From an uncultured virus (IMG/VR IMGVR_UViG_3300043410_000597) (taxonomy: Duplodnaviria; Heunggongvirae; Uroviricota; Caudoviricetes; Crassvirales), in IMG/VR virus record IMGVR_UViG_3300043410_000597: DNA of 20,000 nt; one strand, 5' to 3'. The translations under genes and the position numbers were made by a program. A model generated the notes under the pieces. That model was not told where the DNA came from. It searched no databases and was given only the letters and a program-made list of their open reading frames with translations. This document shows positions 1 through 8,075 of this stretch, in pieces. Numbering within the stretch: position 1 is the first letter of the stretch; each line of letters begins with the position of its first letter.

Positions 1-162
1 GGCGAGGCTAAGACTACACGTGAGGCTACACTAATGAATGACGGAAACTTTGCAGAAATTAAATTTAATCAATCCACTATAGGCACAACGACTAAGAAAG
101 CGTTGGAGAATGCTTCTAGTAAAATTATTGTGCGGATGATTAAAAAGAAAATCTTTAAATGA
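1..162 (+). CDS. 3' end of an upstream gene (partial); resembles the C-terminus of CsgG-like envelope proteins
   Basis: Frame 1 is open from base 1: GEAKTTREATLMNDGNFAEIKFNQSTIGTTTKKALENASSKIIVRMIKKKIFK*. The TGA at 160-162 overlaps the next ATG (ATGA). The beta-strand plus 'F.QS.IG...KKALE.A' helix recalls CsgG-family C-termini, but only 53 aa are visible. Confidence 0.5.
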   Translation, partial: GEAKTTREATLMNDGNFAEIKFNQSTIGTTTKKALENASSKIIVRMIKKKIFK

Positions 163-1337
163 AATGGATAGTATTTATAGCCATACTTATCTTACCCACG
201 ATTATGTACGCACAAACACTTACGCAGGTGTTCGTGGATCCGTGCAGTGGCAAGGTAACAACTGTAGTGGTACCGCTCGCTGGTGGCAAGACTACCGTGG
301 TTTACCGAGGGCAGTACAAGGTAGTGACGGCAAACGATATTACAAGTGGAGCCCTGCAAGCGTGGATAAATGATTTAACAGTTAATTACCCTTGTCCACA
401 AGCAACCATTGCAGTAACGCAAACTGTGGCTAAGGCAGTACAACAAGCAGTAGCAGCGGCAACAACAGCAGCTACATCAACTGCAACAAGTGCAGCGACA
501 AGTGCAGCAACATCTGCGGCGACATCAGCAGCAGCACCTGCACCGGTAGTAGAAACAAAGACTGAGGCACCTGTTGCGACATCAGAATCAAAAACAGAAA
601 CTAAAACAGAAACTAAAAGTGAATCCAAAGAAGAAAAAAGCGAGTCCAAAAGCGACTCCAAGTCCAGTAAGAAAAGCGAGAGTAAAGCCAAGTCGTCTTC
701 GTCAAATCCAATTATTTATTCTTCGGATTTTACGGTCGCTCCGACTAGTGAAGTAACATCTATTATTGCTAGTGTTGGTATGAGTCAAGCCTCCTTGATG
801 GGCAACTCATCGTGGGGCATTAACTCTATGATATGGTCAACCTTTGACCAATTTGCACTAGGTGGTAGATATACCTTGATGAGCTTTAATCAAGGTAAGT
901 TAGAGTCAATCTCAAACTTTGGCGTTACAGGCGTTTATTTAGGTGGAAATGTGTTAGGCTTCGCAACAGCTGCTTACATCGTTCCTATGGGCAAGTATGG
1001 CACCACAGGAGCCAACTATACTTTATCGATTGCAGGAGCAAACGATGAGGCTAGTATATCCAATAATATATTACTATTCTACACCATTCCAATCAAGATA
1101 AATAAGTACGTATCAATGAGTCCTGACTTATACGTGTCAGGATCATCAACAGGTTATCTAACCAAGCAGAAAGTATTTGTGACTAGTAATGACATAGGCA
1201 TTTTAACAGGTGCCTCATTTGATATTGCACTAACCAAACGCTTCAAGTTTAACTTTGCTTTAAAGACAGGACTCAACACCAATCCATCTATCCCTCAGTC
1301 CTATCTTGGAATGATAGGCACCAAAATTAATTTGTAA
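159..1337 (+). CDS. Secreted protein, probable outer-membrane beta-barrel with an Ala/Thr/Ser- and Lys/Glu/Ser-rich linker
   Basis: Sec-type signal peptide (MKWIVFIAILILPTIMYA/Q). Small N-terminal domain with 2 Cys, then a low-complexity AATS and ESK linker. The last ~210 aa are alternating amphipathic strands ending YLGMIGTKINL. Confidence 0.6.
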   Translation: MKWIVFIAILILPTIMYAQTLTQVFVDPCSGKVTTVVVPLAGGKTTVVYRGQYKVVTANDITSGALQAWINDLTVNYPCPQATIAVTQTVAKAVQQAVAAATTAATSTATSAATSAATSAATSAAAPAPVVETKTEAPVATSESKTETKTETKSESKEEKSESKSDSKSSKKSESKAKSSSSNPIIYSSDFTVAPTSEVTSIIASVGMSQASLMGNSSWGINSMIWSTFDQFALGGRYTLMSFNQGKLESISNFGVTGVYLGGNVLGFATAAYIVPMGKYGTTGANYTLSIAGANDEASISNNILLFYTIPIKINKYVSMSPDLYVSGSSTGYLTKQKVFVTSNDIGILTGASFDIALTKRFKFNFALKTGLNTNPSIPQSYLGMIGTKINL

Positions 1338-1354
1338 CTAATAATATTTGTTTT

Positions 1355-1362
1355 TATATTTG
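1355..1362 (+). promoter_or_regulatory. Bacteroidota sigma-A-type -7 promoter element TATATTTG
   Basis: Exact TAnnTTTG match in the intergenic gap about 100 nt before the HNH start; a structured leader begins about 8 nt downstream. Confidence 0.65.
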
Positions 1363-1369
1363 CAATGTA

Positions 1370-1463
1370 GTTGCCATCTCACATTACGCAACAAAGACAA
1401 AAACAGTCCTATGAATGAAACCGAGGTGAGATGCGGTGGATTTTGTAGGACTTATTTTTTTAT
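1370..1463 (+). ncRNA. Putative structured cis-regulatory leader RNA (two hairpins with complementary loops)
   Basis: Stems: GTTGC 1370-74/GCAAC 1388-92; AGTCCTATGAA 1405-15/TTTGTAGGACT 1442-52 (two G-U pairs); inner ACCG 1420-23/CGGT 1434-37. Loop CATCTCAC 1375-82 is the exact reverse complement of loop GTGAGATG 1426-33. A U-rich run precedes ATG 1464. Confidence 0.5.
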
Positions 1464-1994
1464 ATGGAAATTTGGAAAGATGTTGTTGGCTATGAAGGAC
1501 ACTTTATGGTTAGCGAAAGTGGAAAAGTTAAATCATTAGATAGAAAATATAAAAGGTCAGATGGTTCTATATATCCTGTAACAGGAAAAGAACTAACTCC
1601 TTTTATTAGTAATGCCGGTTATAAAAGAATTGCACTCAGAAAAAATGGTAAACCAATGAAGTACTCTGTGCATAGATTAGTAGCTGAGGCATTTTTGCCT
1701 AAAGAAGAAGGTCGTGATTTTGTAAATCACTTGGATGGGGATAAATTAAACAACCATTATTCTAATCTAGAATGGGTATCTATGATTGAAAACAATTGTC
1801 ATAGATTTAATAAAATCAACACAACTAGCAGGTATACTGGAGTTACTTGGATAAAAGCAAAACAAAGATATGTCGCAGTTATGCAAATAAACGGTGTACA
1901 GAAAACAATTGGACATTTTTTAAATGAAGAAGATGCTTATGCTGCTAGATGTAAATATGAAAAGGATAATGGCATAATTAATAAGTATCTATAA
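1464..1994 (+). CDS. Free-standing NUMOD4-HNH-AP2 homing endonuclease
   Basis: NUMOD4 start (EIWKDVVGYEGHFMVSESGKVKS), HNH core (VHRLVAEAF...NHLDGDKLNNHYSNLEWVSMIENNCH) and AP2-like C-terminus (SRYTGVTW...YVAVMQING...IGHF.NEEDAYAAR). Confidence 0.9.
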   Translation: MEIWKDVVGYEGHFMVSESGKVKSLDRKYKRSDGSIYPVTGKELTPFISNAGYKRIALRKNGKPMKYSVHRLVAEAFLPKEEGRDFVNHLDGDKLNNHYSNLEWVSMIENNCHRFNKINTTSRYTGVTWIKAKQRYVAVMQINGVQKTIGHFLNEEDAYAARCKYEKDNGIINKYL

Positions 1995-2001
1995 TTTTAC
2001 G

Positions 2002-2009
2002 TATTTTTG
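2002..2009 (+). promoter_or_regulatory. -7 promoter element TATTTTTG upstream of the tail fibre gene
   Basis: TAnnTTTG match ending 23 nt before ATG 2033, in an intergenic gap. Confidence 0.6.
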
Positions 2010-2032
2010 CTAGATAATAAGCAAGAACACAG

Positions 2033-5000
2033 ATGGCAAGAATTTCCACGTATCCTCGTGATTTAGATATAAATGGTCAAGACCGTTGGATTGGGTCGGC
2101 ATGGCAAACTCCAGATAAATTAACTAAGAACTTCACTGCAGATGGCGTAGCAGAATACTTTAACAAGGTAGGTATTATCGATACAGGTAGTTTCAACTGG
2201 TCATACAGAATGTATGCACCGACAGAATCTCAACCAGCGAAGACGTTTGAGTTAATTGACCATCCATTTGATACAGTAGATGTTATTGGACTTGAGGGTA
2301 CTATTAAGGTATCTTTCTTGTCTATGGGTAACACTGAGCCAGGAATATTTATTGAAGAAGTTTGGAACGACAAGATTATTCTTGTTAATCGCCCAGGCTT
2401 TCCTAGTGAATACGGATTATATAGAGTAACTGCTGTCGTTCAAGATGGCGACTATTACTTATTAGACTTAGATTTTATTGGCGGCCATTCGGGTATTGTT
2501 AACGAAGATGAGCCAGTTACATTCGGCTTATTTGCAGGTGTAAGTGGCACATCGGGTACAACAGGAACCTCAGGAACAAGTGGTACAACAGGAACCTCAG
2601 GAACTAGTGGTTCAGATGGTACAAGCGGTTCGTCAGGAACAACGGGTACATCAGGATCATCGGGAATAAGTGGAACAGACGGAACATCAGGTACAGACGG
2701 AACATCAGGTACATCAGGTACACGTGGCACATCAGGTACAAGTGGAACAAATGGTTCTGCGGGCACATCAGGTACACGTGGCACATCAGGTACGTCAGGC
2801 ATTGACGGTATCGATGGCACAGATGGTACGTCAGGAACTAGTGGAGTAAGTGGCACCGATGGCACAAGTGGAACATCAGGTACAACGGGTATCGATGGGA
2901 CAAGTGGCACAGATGGTACAGGAGGAACTAGTGGAAGTAGTGGAGTTAATGGTACATCAGGTACAGGGGGAACAAGTGGTACGGATGGTACGGGTGGCAC
3001 TTCCGGTACAGATGGTACAGGAGGAACATCAGGTACATCGGGTTCTAGTGGTTCATCAGGTATTGATGGTACTTCAGGGATAAATGGTACATCAGGAATT
3101 GATGGAACTAGTGGTTCATCAGGAAGTTCAGGTACATCTGCTACCTCAGGTACAGATGGCACAGGCGGTACGTCAGGTACGACAGGCACTAGTGGTACTG
3201 CAGGAACCTCAGGTACAACAGGTACTTCAGGTACAGGTGGTACATCAGGTGTCGACGGGGTTAGTGGAGGTCGTGTTTACTATTTTAATAACAGTCAATC
3301 ATCCTCTATTTCTCCATACAAAGTATTGGCTACTGAACCTACACTAGGTGCATTACAGACAATAACTGTTAGTATGGCTGGCAACCAACAAAATGTGTTG
3401 GTTCAAGAATTTATAACAGAACAATTAGGATTTACTATTATCCCATCAGGTGTACAAAGATTCCATCTTCATACATTAAAGCCTCAGGATAACGATAATA
3501 TACAGGTTTATATAACATTACAACTTGCTAATTCAGCAGGTACGCCATATGGCACATTAGCTACGTCATCTGCTAATACTTTAGCTTGGAACGGCACAGG
3601 TGTTATTGCAGAGACTACTTTAGACTTTGTATTCCCACATACGACAATTACTGCAACAGACCGCATGATTGTCAAGATTTATTACAATAACAATGTAAGT
3701 ACAGCAAAAACTGCAGAATGGTACACAGAGGATAGCGAGTACTCTTATGTAACTACATCAATTGCTGCGGCATCAGGTACAAGTGGTGTTAATGGTACTT
3801 CTGGTACATCAGGAGTAAGTGGCACATCAGGTACAACAGGTACTAGTGGCGTTAATGGAACATCTGGAACTGCAGGAACATCAGGAGCTGATGGTACTAG
3901 CGGTGTAAGTGGAACTAGTGGGGTGAGTGGCACATCGGGCGTAAATGGCACCAGTGGAATTGATGGGACAAGTGGTACTTCAGGAGTAAGCGGCACAAGC
4001 GGTAGTTCAGGAGCAAGTGGCACGTCAGGTGTGTCAGGTACCTCAGGTATCAACGGAACCTCCGGTGTAAACGGTACCTCAGGATTAAACGGTAGTTCTG
4101 GAACATCTGGTGCAAACGGTACATCTGGAACAAGCGGTACAACACCAGACACATCTTTATTTGTATTGAAGTCAGGTAGCACAATGACTGGTGCATTGGT
4201 TATTGATCCTGCAAACACGGGAGTAATTGGACTTGATGCAGCATCTAATACATTTAGATTACGTTCAGATAGTACCAATCCTTTTGCTCGTCAATTAACC
4301 ACTACAATGAATAGTGGTACATTGGTTAAGATGCAAGCGGCAGGGTATGGTGGAACATATGTTACGGACTTAGGATTTTATACATCATCTAACTCAGCAG
4401 TTAATAGCACGCCAAATATTTATTTAACAGGTGGAGATAATCGTGTAGGTATTAATACAACTACACCTGGATATACTTTAGATGTAAATGGAACGTCTTC
4501 TGCTCAATCAGTTTATATTAATGGAGACTCTACAAACGGTGGAGCATTAAGAATAAAACAATATGCAGCATCAGTTGCAAACGAAGATGGATATAACTCT
4601 ATTAGTACATTAAGCACCGGAGTTTTTTATTTTACTGCAGCTAAAACTGCACCTAATTTTAAAACTTTTGTTTTAAATCCTAATAGTTTAACAGATAATA
4701 CACTTAGAACTTATACACTTCCAAATGCTTCAGGTACAATTGCTTTAACTAGCGACATTCCAAGTGTTACAGGATATGTTCCATATACAGGTGCTACAGG
4801 TGCGGTGAATTTAGGTGCTTATGACTTAACGGTTAATTCAATAAAAGTTGGCTTAGGAGGTGGTAGTATATCTAGTAATACAGCACTAGGTGCTTCTACT
4901 TTAAATTCTAATACAACGGGAAGTGGTAATACTGCAGCTGGTAATTCTGCTCTTTACACTAATACAACAGGAGGAAGTAACTCTGCATTTGGAACTTATT

Positions 5001-7405
5001 CGCTTTTATTTAATACTACAGGAGGTCTTAATACTGCAATAGGCGGTTCTGCTCTTTATTCTAATACAACAGGAAATAGCAATACAGCAACAGGTATAAA
5101 TTCTCTTTATTCTAATACTACAGGCGGAGGTAACTCTGCATTTGGCGTTCAGGCTCTTTACACCAATACAACAGGTATTTATAATACGGCAATAGGTAGT
5201 AATGCTCTATATTCTAGCACAACATCAAACTATAATACTGCTTTAGGTAACAATGCTCTTTATGCAAATACGACAGGAGCAAGTAATACCGCAATAGGAA
5301 ATGGTGCAGGGCAATCTATAACAACAGGTAGTAATAATGTTATTATTGGTGGATATGGTGGAACTACCACTATGTCCAATAATATAGTTTTATCAGATGG
5401 TGCAGGAAATATAAAGTACCAATGGAACGGAACTAACAATACTATTTATGGAGCAACAACACTTACGGGAGCTTTAAGTGGTACAACTGCTACGTTTTCG
5501 AGTAGTTATTCAAATACTAGCGATTTGCAAATTGTTGCTGATGGAAACATATCAGGAATTAATATACGTTCAACTTCAGGAGGAAGGTTGTCGATTTTAC
5601 AAAATTTCATAGCTCCTAATACAACTTCATTTTTAACATCAACAGGAACAAGTAATCCATCAGTAGAAGCTATTAGAATAGCTAATGGGACAGGAGTTAT
5701 TACATTTGCTAGTAATATTATAGCTTATACAACTGGATTAAATAGTGATTTTAATGGAGGAGCATTAATTGCAAGAGGAGCAGGAAGTACATTAAAATAT
5801 ACACAGATTGGTTATGACACTACTGGTAATTATGGATGGATTCAAGCACTAGAACAAGGTACTGCTTATCGGAATTTAATTTTAAATGGTGCAGGAGGCA
5901 ACGTAGGCATCGGAACGGCTTCGCCATTTGCTATTGCAGGCGTTAATTTATCATTAGATAATTCAACAGATTCAGCTATTCAATTAGGAGTAGGGGGAAC
6001 AAGAACAGGACAATTGTATGCTTCTGGTTCACAAGTTAGATTATCAGCAGTAGCTAATGTTCCATTATTATTTTATACTAATGATACATTACGTTTAACT
6101 TTAGCAGCTTCAACTGGAGCAGCTACTTTTGTAAGTAGTATTACAGCTGGAGGAGATTTAACATTAAATGGGAATAGAACTATTTATCTTACTAACACTG
6201 GAGTTGCGGCAGGCGGAATAGTTTTTTATAATAGTAGTACAAGTTTAATTAAATCTGGGATTGGTTCATATTATAATATAGCTGACCAAGGAAATTTAGA
6301 GTTTTTAGCTGGAGGAAATTCAACTAAAATGGTTTTAGATTCATCTGGAAGATTAGGAATCGGAACAACTGCCTTATCTGGAACAGGTTCAAATCTACAA
6401 GTTGAACAATCGGGTACTCCAAATACAGTAGCAATTAGAAGAGGAGATTCTTCTAATACTGGTGCAGCTAGAATTTTATGGCAAGCATACAATGCTTCTT
6501 CTGTCATTCAAAACACGGCTATCATTGAAGCTGGATTAGATGGAAGTTCTACTGAAGGTTATTTAGCTTTATCAGCAGGAACTCCAGGAACGCCACAAGT
6601 AAAACTTACATATGCAGGTAGATTATTAGTTGGTGCAACAGCATCTGTTGATGCATTAACAAGAATGAGAGTTAATTATTCTGCTGATTCTTGCTATTTT
6701 GATATTACATCTGGTGCTGATGCAGTATTACGATTGGGAGGAACATACGGACAAATTACAAATACAACAGGAGCTTTATATATTTCCAATGCAGGTGCAA
6801 CAGGAGATATGATTTTCAGAACAGGTAGTACGACTGAAAGAATGCGTCTTACTTATGATGGTCGTTTATTAGTAGGCACAACTTCTACCTATGATGCAAG
6901 AATAACTTGTTATGCAGAAAATTCAACAAGTGCAAACTATACTTTTAGAGCAGTTAATACAAATGGTCAAGGTATTTTTTCAGTAAGAAATGATGGTCAA
7001 TTTAGAACAGGAGATGGTCCTAGTTCTCCTTATTATTTAACTGTAACTGGTAGAGCTATATTTTCAGATTCAACAGGTGTTCTTGGTTATGTGGCTTCAG
7101 TAAGAGAGGCAAAAACTAATATAAATACAATAGAAAATACTTCTTGGATTTATGATTTAAAACCTGTTACATTTAATTACCGCAAAAAAGATAATAATAA
7201 TAATTATACAGAAGAATTTTATAATGAAATTTCTTACGGTTTAATTGCTGATGAAGTAGAAAAAGTAAATAAAGATTTAGTATTCTACGATAGCGTAAAT
7301 GGTAAAAAAGAATTAAGAGGTGTAGAATATGAAAAGTTAGTACCTGCTTTGGTTAAAGTAGTTCAGGAATTAAAACAAAAAATTGACATTTTAGAAAATA
7401 AATAA
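2033..7405 (+). CDS. Long tail fibre / virion fibre protein with Gly-Thr-Ser repeats, 17-aa beta-helical repeats and a C-terminal peptidase S74 intramolecular chaperone
   Basis: 1790 aa. Two GxS tracts, NTAxGxxAL repeats and repeated 'G(N/R)(V/L)GIGT' / 'GRLLVG' fibre modules. The C-terminus SVREAKTNI...LKPVTFNY...YGLIADEV...GVEYEKLVPALVKVVQEL is typical of S74 chaperone domains. Confidence 0.85.
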   Translation: MARISTYPRDLDINGQDRWIGSAWQTPDKLTKNFTADGVAEYFNKVGIIDTGSFNWSYRMYAPTESQPAKTFELIDHPFDTVDVIGLEGTIKVSFLSMGNTEPGIFIEEVWNDKIILVNRPGFPSEYGLYRVTAVVQDGDYYLLDLDFIGGHSGIVNEDEPVTFGLFAGVSGTSGTTGTSGTSGTTGTSGTSGSDGTSGSSGTTGTSGSSGISGTDGTSGTDGTSGTSGTRGTSGTSGTNGSAGTSGTRGTSGTSGIDGIDGTDGTSGTSGVSGTDGTSGTSGTTGIDGTSGTDGTGGTSGSSGVNGTSGTGGTSGTDGTGGTSGTDGTGGTSGTSGSSGSSGIDGTSGINGTSGIDGTSGSSGSSGTSATSGTDGTGGTSGTTGTSGTAGTSGTTGTSGTGGTSGVDGVSGGRVYYFNNSQSSSISPYKVLATEPTLGALQTITVSMAGNQQNVLVQEFITEQLGFTIIPSGVQRFHLHTLKPQDNDNIQVYITLQLANSAGTPYGTLATSSANTLAWNGTGVIAETTLDFVFPHTTITATDRMIVKIYYNNNVSTAKTAEWYTEDSEYSYVTTSIAAASGTSGVNGTSGTSGVSGTSGTTGTSGVNGTSGTAGTSGADGTSGVSGTSGVSGTSGVNGTSGIDGTSGTSGVSGTSGSSGASGTSGVSGTSGINGTSGVNGTSGLNGSSGTSGANGTSGTSGTTPDTSLFVLKSGSTMTGALVIDPANTGVIGLDAASNTFRLRSDSTNPFARQLTTTMNSGTLVKMQAAGYGGTYVTDLGFYTSSNSAVNSTPNIYLTGGDNRVGINTTTPGYTLDVNGTSSAQSVYINGDSTNGGALRIKQYAASVANEDGYNSISTLSTGVFYFTAAKTAPNFKTFVLNPNSLTDNTLRTYTLPNASGTIALTSDIPSVTGYVPYTGATGAVNLGAYDLTVNSIKVGLGGGSISSNTALGASTLNSNTTGSGNTAAGNSALYTNTTGGSNSAFGTYSLLFNTTGGLNTAIGGSALYSNTTGNSNTATGINSLYSNTTGGGNSAFGVQALYTNTTGIYNTAIGSNALYSSTTSNYNTALGNNALYANTTGASNTAIGNGAGQSITTGSNNVIIGGYGGTTTMSNNIVLSDGAGNIKYQWNGTNNTIYGATTLTGALSGTTATFSSSYSNTSDLQIVADGNISGINIRSTSGGRLSILQNFIAPNTTSFLTSTGTSNPSVEAIRIANGTGVITFASNIIAYTTGLNSDFNGGALIARGAGSTLKYTQIGYDTTGNYGWIQALEQGTAYRNLILNGAGGNVGIGTASPFAIAGVNLSLDNSTDSAIQLGVGGTRTGQLYASGSQVRLSAVANVPLLFYTNDTLRLTLAASTGAATFVSSITAGGDLTLNGNRTIYLTNTGVAAGGIVFYNSSTSLIKSGIGSYYNIADQGNLEFLAGGNSTKMVLDSSGRLGIGTTALSGTGSNLQVEQSGTPNTVAIRRGDSSNTGAARILWQAYNASSVIQNTAIIEAGLDGSSTEGYLALSAGTPGTPQVKLTYAGRLLVGATASVDALTRMRVNYSADSCYFDITSGADAVLRLGGTYGQITNTTGALYISNAGATGDMIFRTGSTTERMRLTYDGRLLVGTTSTYDARITCYAENSTSANYTFRAVNTNGQGIFSVRNDGQFRTGDGPSSPYYLTVTGRAIFSDSTGVLGYVASVREAKTNINTIENTSWIYDLKPVTFNYRKKDNNNNYTEEFYNEISYGLIADEVEKVNKDLVFYDSVNGKKELRGVEYEKLVPALVKVVQELKQKIDILENK
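2537..3265 (+). repeat. Gly-X-Y tract 1: 81 in-register triplets (consensus GTS, 9-bp period)
   Basis: Counted from the translation. Gly occupies every third position except one Ala (ATS at 3140). No proline. Confidence 0.95.
3776..4144 (+). repeat. Gly-X-Y tract 2: 41 uninterrupted triplets (GTS alternating with GVN/GVS and variants)
   Basis: Counted from the translation. No proline. Confidence 0.95.
4877..5335 (+). repeat. Nine tandem 17-aa (51-bp) repeats, consensus NTAxGxxALYxNTTGxx
   Basis: Units start at 4877, 4928 ... 5285. They resemble adhesin/fibre beta-helical (YadA-head-like) repeats. Confidence 0.9.
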
Positions 7406-7406
7406 T

Positions 7407-7784
7407 ATGACAACAACTTACGAATGGATAGTTACCCAAATGGAAACAGCACCCTCATTGGATGGATTAACAGATGTAGTAGTAACAGTACATTGGCGTC
7501 GTAACGCTGTGGCAGTAGATGGTGATAAGACATATTTTAGCGATGTGTATGGGGCAATGGCCTGTCAAACGCCATCAGGAACAGACTTCACTGCTTACTC
7601 TGACTTGAAATTTGAGCAAGTGTGTGGCTGGTTAGATGCAGGTAATGATGTGGAGGCATTGAACGCAAATCTTGATGCTCAGATTGAGAATCAGATTAAC
7701 CCTCCAATCATTGTATTGCCTAATCCGTGGGCTACTCCTACTTTGCAAGAAGAAATTGTTGCAGGAGACCAATCTATTGTTTAA
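7407..7784 (+). CDS. Conserved phage protein downstream of the fibre; possible tail-fibre accessory protein
   Basis: Starts 1 nt after the fibre stop. Acidic 125-aa protein with motifs YEWIV..M....DGL.DVV..VHWR, F..Y..L...QV.GW and a P-rich end, as seen next to S74 fibres. Confidence 0.7.
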   Translation: MTTTYEWIVTQMETAPSLDGLTDVVVTVHWRRNAVAVDGDKTYFSDVYGAMACQTPSGTDFTAYSDLKFEQVCGWLDAGNDVEALNANLDAQIENQINPPIIVLPNPWATPTLQEEIVAGDQSIV

Positions 7785-7801
7785 CTTTACAAAAAAATAT
7801 A
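7782..7801 (+). promoter_or_regulatory. Promoter/leader-like motif TAACTTTACAAAAAAATATA
   Basis: TAnnTTTA variant of the -7 element. A near-identical copy lies at 10630-10649. Confidence 0.45.
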
Positions 7802-7805
7802 TATC

Positions 7806-8075
7806 ATGAAACTAAACTTTAATTTTAATCTAGTCGATTTAGACGGCAAAGAAATTGACAATACTAATGCAGGAAAGTTAATTGCTAATTCATTAGTGCA
7901 ACAATCTAAGGGTGATGCTCTTAAGTTTTGGGAGTGGGCTTTGGCTCTTAACAAAGGAGAAGAGCTAGACCTTGACTCATCTGATCAAGAGACTTTGAAG
8001 AACTTCATCAAGGATAGCGAAAACTTTGCTATTATTGCTAAGGCTCAGTTATTGAAAGTTCTTAAGAAGGACTAG
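7806..8075 (+). CDS. Small hypothetical helical protein; possible fibre assembly chaperone
   Basis: 89-aa ORF with an A-rich leader, MKLNFNFNLVDLDGKEI. Function inferred from position only. Confidence 0.65.
   Translation: MKLNFNFNLVDLDGKEIDNTNAGKLIANSLVQQSKGDALKFWEWALALNKGEELDLDSSDQETLKNFIKDSENFAIIAKAQLLKVLKKD

Noticed and set aside
386..691. 101-aa hydrophobic minus-strand ORF
   Set aside because: Antisense of the low-complexity linker of 159-1337.
1348..1539. 63-aa ORF spanning the HNH leader
   Set aside because: It has a TTG start upstream of the promoter element and overlaps the HNH gene out of frame. The region is better explained as a structured leader.
2455..3189. 244-aa minus-strand Pro/Val-rich ORF (and the similar 3745-4278 ORF)
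   Set aside because: These are antisense shadows of the GTS repeats, which lack stop codons in that frame. They lie wholly inside the fibre gene.
2537..4144. Possible CRISPR array or DNA-level satellite
   Set aside because: The 9-bp periodicity has degenerate third positions inside an ORF, with no constant repeat and unique spacer structure.
4877..7405. Diversity-generating retroelement target in the fibre
   Set aside because: There is no reverse transcriptase in the window and no ~100-bp template/variable repeat pair differing only at adenines was noticed. The repeats are short tandem protein repeats.
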